From positions 2,240,001-2,304,000 of the forward strand of contig CAXXOA010000001.1 of NCBI GenBank assembly GCA_963666275.2: a stretch of 64,000 bases of DNA, read 5' to 3'. Made by a program: the position numbers and the translations under genes. Positions within the stretch are counted from its first letter, which is position 1, and every line of letters starts with the position of its first letter. Of the stretch, positions 18,617 to 29,755 are shown one piece after another. Source of the stretch: Oceanispirochaeta sp. (GTDB lineage: Bacteria > Spirochaetota > Spirochaetia > DSM-2461). The notes below the pieces were generated by a model. It saw nothing but the letters and a program-made list of their open reading frames with translations, was not told the DNA's origin and made no database searches.

Positions 18617-19698
18617 GGCACATACTCCTGAACGGGATGAATTCCCCTTAGAGCCGCCAGGGCATTATCTGCCAGGGCTTCCAGCTCCCGCTCTCCGGGG
18701 ATGATATAAACCGGAGCCAGGAAGGCAGTCCGCCTTTTAATCTCCTCGATCAGGATCCTGTCCCTGGCAAGGCCACCTGTCAGCACAACGGCATCCACCC
18801 GGCCTTCCAGGGTGGCTCCGTGTTTGGCTATCTCCTGAGAAATCTGCAGAGCCATGGCTTTATGTACTAGCACACTCTTCTCATCTCCCATTTTGACCTG
18901 ATTCTCGAAGGGGATCATATCCCGGGATCCCATATAGGCAAAAACTCCCCCCTCTCCGACTATTTTTTTCCGCAGTTCCTGACGGGTATAGCGGCCGGAA
19001 AGGGCCAGTTCCACCAGAGGCCACACAGGCAGTCCACCGCTCCTTTCGGGAGAAAAGGGTCCTTCCCCGTCGAGTCCGTTATTCACATCGATAACTTTCC
19101 CTTTCCGGTGGGCCCCCACAGTAATGCCGCCCCCCATATGACAGACAATGAAATTCAACTCATCATAGCTGTGCCCCAGCTGGGCGGCTACGATGCGGGC
19201 AACGGATTTCTGATTCAATGCATGGAATATACTTCTCCGTTCCAGTTCGGGCATTCCTGAAATTTTAGCTTCCGCCAGCTGTTCATCCACAACCACCGGA
19301 TCGGCTATAAAGGCCCTGCAGGAGGCGCCGCTCAGTTCTCTGGCAACTCGAGCCGCCAGAATGGCTCCCAGATTGCTGGCATGCTCTCCGTAGCGGGCGT
19401 TTTTCAGATCATCCAGCATGGGGGCATTCACACAATAGACACCGCCCGCAAGAGGATGAAGCAATCCCCCCCTTCCGATTACGGCATGAATATCGGGATT
19501 CCTCCCGACACTGCCTATAAAATCCTCCAGGAACTGGTATCTGTAATCCTCCTGGTCCGCAATGCTGCTGAAACGCTGAAGATCCTCTATGGGGTGCGAG
19601 ATCTCAAGAACCTTCACCTCCTCCCTGTTCTGAAAGAGAGCCAGTTTGGTGGTGGTCGATCCGGGATTAATAACAAGGATGTGATAGAATTCAGGCAT
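18613..19698 (-). CDS. buk: Butyrate / branched-chain fatty acid kinase
   Basis: INPGSTTTK, GRGGLL, HASNLG, FHALNQK, HMGGGI and GPFSPERSG. Confidence 0.95.
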   Translation of the reverse strand: MPEFYHILVINPGSTTTKLALFQNREEVKVLEISHPIEDLQRFSSIADQEDYRYQFLEDFIGSVGRNPDIHAVIGRGGLLHPLAGGVYCVNAPMLDDLKNARYGEHASNLGAILAARVARELSGASCRAFIADPVVVDEQLAEAKISGMPELERRSIFHALNQKSVARIVAAQLGHSYDELNFIVCHMGGGITVGAHRKGKVIDVNNGLDGEGPFSPERSGGLPVWPLVELALSGRYTRQELRKKIVGEGGVFAYMGSRDMIPFENQVKMGDEKSVLVHKAMALQISQEIAKHGATLEGRVDAVVLTGGLARDRILIEEIKRRTAFLAPVYIIPGERELEALADNALAALRGIHPVQEYVP

Positions 19699-21113
19699 CA
19701 GCTGGCAATTTCCTCCTGATAGTATTTCAGAGCCTTATCAATCATTTTCAGATTCAACTCAATGAGCTCCTTTTTTCTGACACTCCCCGGAAGGATCTTC
19801 TTCAGAACCTCTTCATCCGCAACACCGGAGATTTTCAGATAGATTGTAAGCATGATGATATTGGCTGTCGCCAGGATACCGCTCTCCCGGGCCATTTCTG
19901 AGGCGGGAATATACAGATCCTGAACATCCTTCCTCTCCACTTTCTGACTGACCAGAGAGGAGTTTACAAGGATGAGACCTCCCGGTGTGACATCTTCTTT
20001 GAAAGAGAGCAGAGACGGTGTATTGAGGGCAATAAGCACATTGGGAGAGTCCACCACAGGAGAACCGATAGGCCCGGGCGAAACAATAACACTGGCATTG
20101 GCCTTTCCTCCCCTCATTTCGGGGCCGTACGAGGGAAGCCAGGTGGTATTGAAACCCTCTGCGATAGCCATATCCGCCAGTAGTTTGCCCGCAGAAAGAA
20201 CGCCCTGCCCTCCGAAGCCGGCTATTTTAACTCTCTGTTCTTCTATATCCATGTCTCTGTTCAGATTGGGAAGTGAGCCTCCTTCCTGGAGAAGATCCAC
20301 AAGGCCCTGATCATCGAGAAAAGGAAGTGAATCATCGGGAGTTCCCGGTTTTTCCGAATTGTCTCTGAAATTCCTGACAGGATAGAGGGGTTCCAGATTC
20401 TCCTGCATCCATTTCCGTGCCTGAACCGGATCCATCTTCCAGTTGATGGGACAGGGCGAGAGGATTTCCACAAAAGAAATACCCTTTTTATCCATCTGAT
20501 TCTGCAGGGCCTTGCGGAAGACTTTCCTGGCCTTCAGAACTTTAGCCGGAGTCGAAAAGGAGACCCGTTCAATAAATACCGGAGTTTTCAGAGCGTCCAT
20601 GACTTCTGCCATGCCGATAGGGTGACCGTCCCTGCCTGCAGACCGTCCCAGAGGAGTGGTCAGCGTCTTCTGCCCCTCCAGGGTTGTGGGAGCCATCTGA
20701 CCTCCGGTCATACCGTATATGGCATTATTCACAAAAAACACAGTCATATTCTCACCCCGGTTGGCGGCATGGATAATTTCTGCGGTTCCTATGGCGGCCA
20801 GGTCGCCGTCTCCCTGATAGGAGATAAGAATTGCATCCCTATGGGTTCTTCTGATACTTGTGCCCACCGCGGGAGCCCTTCCGTGGGCACACTGGATGTT
20901 TCCCGTATCCATATAGTAATAGGCAAAAACAGAACATCCCACAGGAGAGAGGAATATGGTTCTGTCCTGAATATCCAGTTCCACAAGGAGCTGGGCAATC
21001 AGTTTGTGAGCCGTCCCATGACCGCATCCGGGGCAGTAGTGGGTCACTTTCTGTCCGGGCCCTTTCCGTTCAAAGGTATCGTAGAATGCTTTGGGTTTAT
21101 CCAGCAGAATCAT
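19698..21113 (-). CDS. 2-oxoacid:ferredoxin oxidoreductase, fused beta (TPP-binding) + gamma subunits (VOR-like)
   Basis: YCPGCGH, GDGD..NN TPP motif, YGMTGGQ and SPCP, then the gamma-domain motifs AGFGGQG and PSYGPEMRGG. Confidence 0.9.
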   Translation of the reverse strand: MILLDKPKAFYDTFERKGPGQKVTHYCPGCGHGTAHKLIAQLLVELDIQDRTIFLSPVGCSVFAYYYMDTGNIQCAHGRAPAVGTSIRRTHRDAILISYQGDGDLAAIGTAEIIHAANRGENMTVFFVNNAIYGMTGGQMAPTTLEGQKTLTTPLGRSAGRDGHPIGMAEVMDALKTPVFIERVSFSTPAKVLKARKVFRKALQNQMDKKGISFVEILSPCPINWKMDPVQARKWMQENLEPLYPVRNFRDNSEKPGTPDDSLPFLDDQGLVDLLQEGGSLPNLNRDMDIEEQRVKIAGFGGQGVLSAGKLLADMAIAEGFNTTWLPSYGPEMRGGKANASVIVSPGPIGSPVVDSPNVLIALNTPSLLSFKEDVTPGGLILVNSSLVSQKVERKDVQDLYIPASEMARESGILATANIIMLTIYLKISGVADEEVLKKILPGSVRKKELIELNLKMIDKALKYYQEEIAS

Positions 21114-22177
21114 TGCGGTCCTCCTCCCTCGGGGGCTATGGTTTTCTGAACAATTTCATCCACAGAAGGGATCACGCCTCCCAGCCAGAGGAAACGGGAG
21201 ACCCTGGCACGTCCCCCTGCAACCCGTTCCACATCATCCGCCATCTGACCATTTGACATTTCTGCGGCAATGACTCTTTCTACCTGTTCTGAGAGCTCAC
21301 GTAGTCTCTTTTCCGGAAAGGGGAAAAGAGTCCGGGGTCTCAGAAGTCCCGCTTTGATCCCCTGGTCCCGCAGCTGTTTGACTGCGGACTGGCAGATCCT
21401 TGAGGTTATTCCATAAGCCACAAAAAGGACCTGTGCATCTTCGCATCCTGTTTCCTCCCACAGGCAGGTTTCTTCTGTAATCTGATCATACTTTTCCTGG
21501 AGATGCCAGTTATGGTCACTCTGCAGTTTGGGATCCATCAATATGGAGGTCACCAGATTCTTCCGGCTTTCCGCATCCCCATAGAGGGCCCAGTCTTTTC
21601 GTTTGCCATGGAGAACCTTATCGGGAAGCTGAACCGGTTCCATCATCTGACCGATGTAGGCGTCGCCCAGGATCATGACGGTGATCCTGTACCTGTCAGC
21701 AAGATCAAAGGCCCGGTAGGTCAGATCACACATTTCCTGCACCGAATTCGGTGCCAGGACCAGATTCCTGTAATTGCCGTGACCGCCCCCCTTTACAGTG
21801 ATATTATAATCGCTCTGTTCGGGCCATATATTTCCCAGTCCCGGGCCGGCCCGCTGTATATCCACAACCACACAGGGCAGCTCGGCTCCGGCTATGTAGG
21901 AGAGACCTTCCGCCATCAGGGATATTCCCGGTCCTGACGAAGCCGTCATCACACGGGCTCCCGCTCCTGCAGCTCCGTAAAGCATATTCACCACGGAAAC
22001 TTCCGATTCGGCCTGAAGAAAGCAGCGTCCGGAAGTTGTAAAGTACCGGGCAGCCGCATGGGCAATTTCACTGGCCGGGGTAATGGGATAGCCGAAAAAG
22101 TGGGTGGCTCCTCCCATTAACGCTCCATGGATAACAGCTTCATTCCCTTTCATAAGTCGTTTTATCTTCTCAGCCAT
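21110..22177 (-). CDS. vorB: 2-oxoacid (ketoisovalerate-type):ferredoxin oxidoreductase alpha subunit
   Basis: MKGNEA, GYPITP, QAESE, SSGPG and RAGPGLG. Start refined to ATG 22177, overlapping the ferredoxin gene's end. Confidence 0.85.
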   Translation of the reverse strand: MAEKIKRLMKGNEAVIHGALMGGATHFFGYPITPASEIAHAAARYFTTSGRCFLQAESEVSVVNMLYGAAGAGARVMTASSGPGISLMAEGLSYIAGAELPCVVVDIQRAGPGLGNIWPEQSDYNITVKGGGHGNYRNLVLAPNSVQEMCDLTYRAFDLADRYRITVMILGDAYIGQMMEPVQLPDKVLHGKRKDWALYGDAESRKNLVTSILMDPKLQSDHNWHLQEKYDQITEETCLWEETGCEDAQVLFVAYGITSRICQSAVKQLRDQGIKAGLLRPRTLFPFPEKRLRELSEQVERVIAAEMSNGQMADDVERVAGGRARVSRFLWLGGVIPSVDEIVQKTIAPEGGGPQ

Positions 22178-22391
22178 CTTCCCCGTCTCCTTTATAGACA
22201 GTGATTGCTCCCGGTTCGGGACACACATAGAAGCATAGACCGCAGGCTGTGCATTTTTCTGGTTTTGATACGGCATACTGGTATCCCAGGATATTTATCC
22301 CGGATCCAATGGAAAGGCAGTGATTGGGACAGGCGTTTACACAGAGGCGGCACCCCTTACAGAGTTCGGGATGGATAAGGGATTTATTCAT
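22170..22391 (-). CDS. 2[4Fe-4S] ferredoxin / oxidoreductase delta subunit
   Basis: Two CxxCxxCxxxCP motifs. Confidence 0.92.
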   Translation of the reverse strand: MNKSLIHPELCKGCRLCVNACPNHCLSIGSGINILGYQYAVSKPEKCTACGLCFYVCPEPGAITVYKGDGEDG

Positions 22392-22924
22392 TCCAGGCCT
22401 CCGAAAAGATCTTCTGTGCCTTCTCCGAAAAAGTTGATGCCGCTGATGGATTCAGCCAGTTCGTGCGGTATGGCTGAAATATCCAGGGTATGTCCGGGGC
22501 ATCCCAGGCTCGCACAGACAGAAACCCTGCCGCTGCCTCCCGGCAGAAAAAGGTTTAATCCTTTTGAGGAACCACATCCCTCTTCATGGCAGTGATACTC
22601 CTCCATAAGGGGAGCATGGCAGTAGGGACAGAACCCTTCCAGAAGGGTCTGATCCGTATACTGGGGGAGAAAGCTGAAAAGTTTGGCATGACTGCCCCAG
22701 AAAGCATCTATGAAAGCCAGTCCTTTTGTACCATTAATGGAAAGTTCCAGTTTGATGGAAGGCTCTCCATGAATGTGAACACTGTCAACCATAAGATTGT
22801 GTCCTCTGGGACAGAAAACAGATTCTACGAGCAGAAACTCCTGATCGGCCCTCTTCACAAGCCGTAATCCTCTGGGAATAACTGTTCTGAATTCATCGGG
22901 AATCCTGTTTGACCGTAGTTCCAT
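22388..22924 (-). CDS. Cys/His-rich hypothetical protein, first gene of the oxidoreductase operon
   Basis: CPRGH, CPYCH, CHEEGC and [21 protein letters not shown]-coupled to the ferredoxin. Confidence 0.75.
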   Translation of the reverse strand: MELRSNRIPDEFRTVIPRGLRLVKRADQEFLLVESVFCPRGHNLMVDSVHIHGEPSIKLELSINGTKGLAFIDAFWGSHAKLFSFLPQYTDQTLLEGFCPYCHAPLMEEYHCHEEGCGSSKGLNLFLPGGSGRVSVCASLGCPGHTLDISAIPHELAESISGINFFGEGTEDLFGGLE

Positions 22925-22966
22925 AGCTCTCTCCTGATTGATATGTCACTTTTTTTAATATTTTAT

Positions 22967-23055
22967 ATTCAGGAATTCATTACAAATTCTAAACACACAG
23001 TATTACATCAGTCAAATGTTTTCCTGAATTTCTGATTTCGCAATTTTTCCTGAAT
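22967..23055 (-). promoter_or_regulatory. Promoter of the oxidoreductase-buk-ptb operon with three TTCCTGAAT boxes
   Basis: Minus strand TTGACT-18 nt-TAGAAT (23015-22986). TTCCTGAAT at 23021-23029 and 23047-23055, and an inverted copy at 22967-22975. Confidence 0.5.
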
Positions 23056-23290
23056 ATTTATTATATAAATAATTATTTAATAAAGGAGATAAACAGTGTT
23101 GATTTAATGAAGACAAGATAGTCGGATTTTGAAGTATATAGAGACTCTATAGAGAAACGCTTCTCTGGACGAAAACTCATTGACCTCCCTGCTGAAATGA
23201 GAATAAGATAAGTCAGAAAACAAATAGATGGATGGGAAGATCCAGACTTTTTGAATAATTTGAAAAAGTAGTTATTCAAAAATATATTTA

Positions 23291-23326
23291 AAAAGCCCGC
23301 AGAATGATACTGCGGGCTATTTTTTT
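23291..23326. terminator. Bidirectional intrinsic terminator (downstream of tyrS)
   Basis: AAAAGCCCGCAG-aatgata-CTGCGGGCTATTTTTTT. Confidence 0.8.
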
Positions 23327-23347
23327 ATAATCAGAAAGCTTTGAGAC

Positions 23348-24592
23348 TTACTTGACGATGAAGCGGAAGAACCGTTTTTTCCCGGCTTTCAGAACAATTT
23401 CTTTTTCACCGTCCTCTTCCACGACAGAGTCCAAACCTATAACAGCATCCACATCGCTGTTCTTTTCTCCATTGATGGCAGCCCCGTTCTGAGAGACCAG
23501 TCTGCGGGCTTCACTTTTTGAGGAACAGAGACCGGACTGGACATAAAGATCCATAATATTCACTCCGGTTTCCAGTTCTGTAACGGCTATTTCCCCGGAA
23601 GGCATTCCCGACTTATCCTGAGCTCCTCCGGCGCTGAAAGCCGCTTTGGCTCCTTCCAGGGCTTTAGAGGCTTCCTCTTCTCCGTGAATGATTTTTGTCA
23701 GCTCATAGGCAAGAATCTCTTTGGCTTTATTAATTTCCTGACCTTCCAGAGCCCCGAGTTTTTTACACTCCTCGGTGGGAAGGAAGGTATAGAGCAGAAG
23801 GAATTTCTCCACATCCGCATCAGCCACGTTTCTCCAGTACTGGAAGAACTCGTAAACTGAAGTCATTTCAGGATCCAGAAAAATGGCTCCTTTTTCGGTT
23901 TTACCCATTTTCTTGCCATCAGACCGGGTTACCAGAGGGAATGTGAGACCGATGGCCTCACCTCCTTCCACCCGGCGGATAAGCTCCATACCGGCTACGA
24001 TATTTCCCCACTGATCGTCACCGCCGATCTGGAGAATACAGTTTTCCCTTCTGTATAGTTCCAGGAAGTCGTAGGACTGGAGGAGCTGATAGTTAAACTC
24101 AATAAAGGAAAGTCCCTTTTCCAGTCTTTTTTTGTAGGATTCAAAAGTCAACATTCGGTTAACGGAAAAGTGTTTTCCGATATCCCGTAAAAATTCAATA
24201 TAGTTCAGAGGGGCCAGCCAGTCTGCATTATCCACAAGTTTGGCCTTATCCCCGTCGAATTTGATAAAATTGGAAATTTGAACTTTCAGTTTTTCCGCAT
24301 TTTCCTTGATCTGATCAATGGTGAGCATTTTCCTCATGTCCGACTTTCCCGAAGGATCACCTATACGGGCGGTTCCCCCTCCGACGAGAATGACAGGAAG
24401 ATGCCCTGCTTCCTGAAGATGATGCATGGCAAAAAGAGGCACCATATGGCCCACATGCATGGAAGGTCCCGTGGGATCGACACCGACATAAATCCTGACA
24501 GGTCCCTCATCCAGTTTCTTGTTCAGCAGATCCTCGTCTGTACACTGTTTGAAAAAACCCCGTTCCTTCAGGACGGCCAATGCCTTGTTCAT
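23348..24592 (-). CDS. tyrS: Tyrosine--tRNA ligase
   Basis: GVDPT..MHVGH (HIGH), QIGGDDQWGN, KMGKT and a C-terminal S4 domain. Confidence 0.97.
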   Translation of the reverse strand: MNKALAVLKERGFFKQCTDEDLLNKKLDEGPVRIYVGVDPTGPSMHVGHMVPLFAMHHLQEAGHLPVILVGGGTARIGDPSGKSDMRKMLTIDQIKENAEKLKVQISNFIKFDGDKAKLVDNADWLAPLNYIEFLRDIGKHFSVNRMLTFESYKKRLEKGLSFIEFNYQLLQSYDFLELYRRENCILQIGGDDQWGNIVAGMELIRRVEGGEAIGLTFPLVTRSDGKKMGKTEKGAIFLDPEMTSVYEFFQYWRNVADADVEKFLLLYTFLPTEECKKLGALEGQEINKAKEILAYELTKIIHGEEEASKALEGAKAAFSAGGAQDKSGMPSGEIAVTELETGVNIMDLYVQSGLCSSKSEARRLVSQNGAAINGEKNSDVDAVIGLDSVVEEDGEKEIVLKAGKKRFFRFIVK

Positions 24593-24926
24593 AATTTACC
24601 ATCTCCATTAAATCAATATAGGTTAAAGGATTTTACCTGAAAGGGGTGATTGTGACAAGAAGAATCCACCTCTATAACACTGGTAGAACTACTCAGGGCT
24701 TATCTGGATCTATAATGGTTCTCCTCTCGGGAATTCCATTCAGTTTTTTTGTATCAGATGTGTAACCCCAATACCGCAATCTCGGAAACCCCAACAAATA
24801 TGACTTTTTTACAAATGTATAATAAACTGGACATACAATATCATTTATGTTAACTTAGCCCTAATTATCAATATGATAGGCAAATAATCAAAAAAAGTTA
24901 AAAATACATAAAATCCGGAACTGACA

Positions 24927-26663
24927 ATGAATACAAACTTGAAATCTCACCTTTTTTTTGATTCTGACGTCCTAGAACAACAAAGAAAAAAGCTTACACG
25001 CACTTTTATCATCCAACTTTCTGTGGCAATCATAATACTTCTGTGCGCTTTACTTATCAATCATTTCTGGAAGATCTTCGATCTCTATGCTTTCAGCTTT
25101 GATTTTCTCATACTTATGTTTATTGTTGGCTGGTTTCCTGCCCTGCATAAGACAAATATTTTTCTGAAAACGGGAATATCTATGCTCATTCTAAGTCATT
25201 CAATTGATCTTACAGATGAGTTGATTTTCCTTAACATAGAGGAATGGCGTGGAACTATACCCTATTATATGATCTCTCTTCTGAGCATTATGTTAATGAT
25301 GACAGGAGTATATCAGAATAAAAAAACCAGGCTTCTTCAGGAACAGGAAACAAATCTGCTTCTGTTTCAGGACAGTTTAACCGGTCTGCCCAATAGAAAA
25401 CTCCTATACAGACAAATGGAGGGAATCCTTAATTTTTCTGAGAGATCCCCTATCAATCATGCTGTAATGATGCTGGATTTTGACAATTTTAAAAGCGTCA
25501 ATGACACTCTCGGACATAATACCGGTGATATGTATCTGAAGAAAATATCAAATACAATTAAAAATGAAATCCGTAAATCAGATTTATTAGCCAGGATAGG
25601 GGGCGATGAATTTTGTATTGTATTCAGCAATATAAAAAGAATCAACGAATTGGTGCACCAGGCAAACAGAATTCTGAATATCATTAATCGGCCATACCTG
25701 GTGGAAAATGAAATAATTCATCTCAGCGCCTCCATCGGCATCGCGGTATATCCCCATGATGGAATGACGATCAATGAACTGATGAAATCTGCTGATACAG
25801 CTCTGAATAAGGCAAAATCTTCGGGTAAAAATTCTTTCCATTTTTTTGATTTAAAAATGAAAGATGAAGTGCAAAGGTATCATAATCTTTCGGTCCATCT
25901 TAAATCGGCTCTTAAGAATCAAGAAATATATACCGTTTTTCAGCCTATTGTTTCTGATTTTCATGGAAAAGCGGAAAAATTTGAGGCCTTGATGCGATGG
26001 TATAATCCCTGCCTGGGCTCCGTAAGCCCTGAGGATTTCATCACTATTGCAGAAGATACAGGTATGATAATTTCACTGGGAGAATGGATCTTAAGAGATA
26101 GCTGTCAGAAAATGATGGTATGGATGAAGACCCATGAAGAAACCCCGGTATTGTCTGTCAATATTTCTGCACAACAATTGAAAGATAAATGGTTTCTCAA
26201 AAAAATTGACGATATTCTTGAAAATACAGGCTTTCCTCCTGAACAGCTGGAACTGGAAATAACAGAGACCCGTTCGATCCAGAAACTTTCCGCCACGTCC
26301 AATATCCTCAATGAGATAAAAGACAGAAAAATCAAACTGTCACTTGATGATTTCGGGACCGGCTATTCATCACTCAATTATATAAGAAAGCTTCCCCTGG
26401 ATACACTTAAAATTGATAAAAAATTCATTGATGATATGGAACAGGGAGAGCGGGGAGAAAAACTGCTGGCCTGCATCATTGAACTGGCTAAAACACTTAA
26501 TCTGAATGTCATTGCAGAAGGTATTGAGAAACAAAATCAGGCAGAGTTTGTGCTCAGAAATGGATGCCATTATATGCAGGGCTATCTTTTCTCCACACCG
26601 CTGGAGTTTTCAGAGTTACTCAAATCCAGCAGATGGCCTGTAACAGGACATTTCCCTCTATAG
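24927..26663 (+). CDS. Membrane-bound GGDEF-EAL protein
   Basis: About four N-terminal TM helices, RKSD I-site, GGDEF, EAL, DDFGTGYSS and QGY. Confidence 0.92.
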   Translation: MNTNLKSHLFFDSDVLEQQRKKLTRTFIIQLSVAIIILLCALLINHFWKIFDLYAFSFDFLILMFIVGWFPALHKTNIFLKTGISMLILSHSIDLTDELIFLNIEEWRGTIPYYMISLLSIMLMMTGVYQNKKTRLLQEQETNLLLFQDSLTGLPNRKLLYRQMEGILNFSERSPINHAVMMLDFDNFKSVNDTLGHNTGDMYLKKISNTIKNEIRKSDLLARIGGDEFCIVFSNIKRINELVHQANRILNIINRPYLVENEIIHLSASIGIAVYPHDGMTINELMKSADTALNKAKSSGKNSFHFFDLKMKDEVQRYHNLSVHLKSALKNQEIYTVFQPIVSDFHGKAEKFEALMRWYNPCLGSVSPEDFITIAEDTGMIISLGEWILRDSCQKMMVWMKTHEETPVLSVNISAQQLKDKWFLKKIDDILENTGFPPEQLELEITETRSIQKLSATSNILNEIKDRKIKLSLDDFGTGYSSLNYIRKLPLDTLKIDKKFIDDMEQGERGEKLLACIIELAKTLNLNVIAEGIEKQNQAEFVLRNGCHYMQGYLFSTPLEFSELLKSSRWPVTGHFPL

Positions 26664-26692
26664 AAAAAAAACCGCATCCGGAGATGCGGCTT
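26663..26692 (-). terminator. Intrinsic terminator for glyS
   Basis: CCGCATC-cgga-GATGCGG stem with an A-run on the plus strand (U-tail on the minus strand). Confidence 0.8.
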
Positions 26693-26720
26693 GTATAGTA
26701 AAAAATTAAGTGCCTTTGAA

Positions 26721-28106
26721 TCAGGATCTCTTATAGTTTCTGATTTCCTGTCTCAGTCTGGCTGCCAGTTCGGCACGGGGAACCCGGATCTGCTCCATAG
26801 AGTCCCGGAACCGGACAGTCACATCGTTGTTGTCCTTGCTGTCGTAGTCAACGGTTACACAGAAAGGTGTACCGATCTCATCCTGCCGTCTGTAACGGCG
26901 GCCGATGGCGCCGCTCTGATCGTAGAAAGTGGCGAAGTCTTCAGAAAGCTCTTTCTGAATGTCTTTAGCCAGTTCGGCCAGGCCGTCTTTTTTAACAAGA
27001 GGCAGTACCGCCACTTTGACAGGCGCCACATTGGGATGCAGGTGCAGAACGGTTCTCACATCGGGATTGCCGTTTTTATCCTCACCGATAGTCTCTTCAT
27101 GGTAGGCGTCCATCAGACAGACGAGAACACTTCTTGTAAGCCCCGCGGAGGTCTCGATGACATAGGGGATGTACCGTTCATTGCTCTGGGGATCCAGATA
27201 GTTGATCTCCTTGCCGCAGTACTCGCTGTGTCTTCCCAGGTCGAAGTCGGTTCTGTTATGGATACCTTCCTGTTCCTCCCAGCCGAAGGGATATTTGTAT
27301 TCCACATCGTAGGCGTCTTTGGCATAGTGAGCCAGCTCACCGGGGCCATGCTGGTGAAAATGCAGATTTTCAGGGAGTATACCCAGCTTTTCAATGTAGT
27401 ATTTCATTCTCTGTTCTTTCCAGTAATCGAACCATTCGTCGTCGGTACCGGGTTTGACAAAGAACTGCATCTCCATCTGTTCGAACTCACAGGTCCGGAA
27501 GATAAAGTTTTTCGTTGTGATTTCGTTTCTGAAGGCTTTTCCCACCTGGGCAATTCCAAAGGGAATCTGAACCCGGCTGGTATCAACCACATTTTTGAAG
27601 TTTACAAAAATCCCCTGAGCGGTTTCGGGACGCAGATAGATAACCGAACCGGAATCCTGAACGGGACCCAGATGGGTGGTAAACATAAGATTGAACTGGC
27701 GGGGTTCTGTCAGCTCGCCACCGCATTCGGGGCATTTCTTGCTGTCGATATTCTCCTGAGCCAGTTTATCCTCGCGAAAACGGGTCTTACACTGTTTACA
27801 GTCCACCAGGGGGTCAGAAAAGTTTTCCACATGACCGGAAGCTTCCCAGGTTCGGGGGTGCATCATGATCGCCGCATCCAGACCGACAATATTGTCCTGC
27901 ATCCGGGTCATTTCCTTCCACCAGATCTCCTGGATATTCTTTTTCAGTTCCACACCCAGAGGGCCGTAATCCCAGGTGGCGGAGAGACCGCCGTAGATCT
28001 CACTGGAGGGATAGACAAATCCCCGGCGCTTTGCCAGAGATACAATTTTTTCCATGGAAGCGCCGAATTCATTGGCAACCTGATTTGCTTTTTTCTCTTT
28101 AGCCAT
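26721..28106 (-). CDS. glyQS: Glycine--tRNA ligase (homodimeric alpha2 type)
   Basis: [34 protein letters not shown] and [14 protein letters not shown]. Start refined to ATG 28106. Confidence 0.96.
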   Translation of the reverse strand: MAKEKKANQVANEFGASMEKIVSLAKRRGFVYPSSEIYGGLSATWDYGPLGVELKKNIQEIWWKEMTRMQDNIVGLDAAIMMHPRTWEASGHVENFSDPLVDCKQCKTRFREDKLAQENIDSKKCPECGGELTEPRQFNLMFTTHLGPVQDSGSVIYLRPETAQGIFVNFKNVVDTSRVQIPFGIAQVGKAFRNEITTKNFIFRTCEFEQMEMQFFVKPGTDDEWFDYWKEQRMKYYIEKLGILPENLHFHQHGPGELAHYAKDAYDVEYKYPFGWEEQEGIHNRTDFDLGRHSEYCGKEINYLDPQSNERYIPYVIETSAGLTRSVLVCLMDAYHEETIGEDKNGNPDVRTVLHLHPNVAPVKVAVLPLVKKDGLAELAKDIQKELSEDFATFYDQSGAIGRRYRRQDEIGTPFCVTVDYDSKDNNDVTVRFRDSMEQIRVPRAELAARLRQEIRNYKRS

Positions 28107-28110
28107 ACTC

Positions 28111-29586
28111 TTATGCTGTCTCCTTCTGTATTTGTTCACTTAATGCTTTGATCCGCCATGCCGCTTTGGATACCCCCAGCAGGCGAATCGATTCAAATAG
28201 AGGGGGAGATATCCGGGTACCCGTAATGGCAACTCTCAAAGGCTGCAGAATCTGCCCCATTTTAATTCCCAGCTCCTCCGCTTTATCAAAAAAGATCTTT
28301 TCATTCTCTTCATCGCTGCGGGCTTCAAAACCCTCCAGCAGGGCGGAACAGGAGTCCAGGATAGCAGGTATGTCTTTCAATTCCATTTTCTTGGGAACCG
28401 CATCAGCCGTTTCATAGGAATCAATGTCTTTGAACAGAAAACGGATCATCTCTGAAACATCGGTGGTCAGTTTCAGTCTTTCACGGATCAGAGGAAAGGC
28501 ACCGTCAAACACGGCCATCTCTTCTTCCGTCACAGGGTCAGACACAACTCCGTCCTTCTGCAGCTCCGGCAGAAGCAGAGCTTTCAGGGATTCAGGATCT
28601 CTCTGGCGGATATACTGACCGTTGAACCACTCCAGCTTTTTGTAGTCAAAAACCGCCGGGGATTTACTCAGCTTTTCCAGAGAGAAAAGCTGTTCCAGAT
28701 CCTCTTTGGTAAAAAATTCCCGGGAATCGTCAAAGGACCACCCCAGAAGAGTTATATAGTTGATGATGGCCTCGGGAAGATAGCCTCCTGTACGGAAGTC
28801 TTTCAGAGACGTGGCTCCGTGCCTTTTGGAAAGCTTGGAACCGTCCTTTCCCATTACCAGAGGAAGATGGCAGTACTTGGGAGGTTCCCAGCCGAAGGCT
28901 TCATACAGCAGCACATGGAGAGGTCCCGAGGGGATCCACTCCTGGGCTCTCATGATATGGGTGATCTCCATAAGGTGATCATCAATCACATTGGCAAGAT
29001 GATAGGTGGGAAACCCGTCTGTTTTAACAATGACAGGGTCAGGACTGACGTCGCTGTTCTTCCGGGTAATGTCGCCCATGATTTCGTCATGGAACGTGGT
29101 TTTTCCCTCCATGGGAACTTTCAGACGGATAACGCAGGGTTCTCCCGCTTCTTTCCGTTTCAAAGCTTCCGCAGGATCCAGATCCCGGCAGTGCCTGTCG
29201 TAGCCCTGGACTTTGGATTTATTTTTTTTCTGTTCTTCCCTTACAGCATCCAGCCTTTCGGAAGTACAGAAACAGTAATAGGCTTTGCCGTCCTTCAGGA
29301 GTTTCTCTGCATAGTCCTGGTAAATAGCGAAGCGCTCAGACTGTACATAGGGTCCGAAGTCCCCTTTATCGGGACCTTCATCCCACTGAACACCAAGCCA
29401 TTCCAGTGTATCATACAGATCCTGTAAAGACTCATCGTTGTACCGTTCCCTGTCGGTATCTTCAATTCTCAGAATAAACTTCCCGCCCTGGGAACGGGCA
29501 TAAAAATAGTTAAAAAGCGCCGTCCTGACTCCACCGATATGCTGCAGCCCGGTAGGAGACGGTGCATAACGAACACGCACTGACAT
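28111..29586 (-). CDS. gltX: Glutamate--tRNA ligase
   Basis: [26 protein letters not shown] and KLSKR. Confidence 0.97.
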   Translation of the reverse strand: MSVRVRYAPSPTGLQHIGGVRTALFNYFYARSQGGKFILRIEDTDRERYNDESLQDLYDTLEWLGVQWDEGPDKGDFGPYVQSERFAIYQDYAEKLLKDGKAYYCFCTSERLDAVREEQKKNKSKVQGYDRHCRDLDPAEALKRKEAGEPCVIRLKVPMEGKTTFHDEIMGDITRKNSDVSPDPVIVKTDGFPTYHLANVIDDHLMEITHIMRAQEWIPSGPLHVLLYEAFGWEPPKYCHLPLVMGKDGSKLSKRHGATSLKDFRTGGYLPEAIINYITLLGWSFDDSREFFTKEDLEQLFSLEKLSKSPAVFDYKKLEWFNGQYIRQRDPESLKALLLPELQKDGVVSDPVTEEEMAVFDGAFPLIRERLKLTTDVSEMIRFLFKDIDSYETADAVPKKMELKDIPAILDSCSALLEGFEARSDEENEKIFFDKAEELGIKMGQILQPLRVAITGTRISPPLFESIRLLGVSKAAWRIKALSEQIQKETA

Positions 29587-29755
29587 GATATATCCTTCAG
29601 ATTTGACAGAATTTCTTCGGTGATTATAGCTGTTTCAAAGCGGAATGACCAGAGGAAATTTAAGGGAATTGCCCCACTGGTTTTATCTGCCCTATTGATT
29701 CGTATTCTCATATCCGCCGATAATTACGGAAAATTCATATTTGGAGGAACCAGTC

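Noticed and set aside
24593..24926. T-box or riboswitch upstream of tyrS; also attenuator or leader upstream of ilvB and gltX
   Set aside because: No T-box consensus, leader peptide or terminator/antiterminator pair was recognisable.
26691..28151. 486-aa plus-strand ORF
   Set aside because: It is the antisense shadow of glyQS, with no motifs or RBS.
29716..29723. GCCGATAA sigma28-like -10 before the amidotransferase gene
   Set aside because: There is no TAAA -35 at the right spacing and no motility context.
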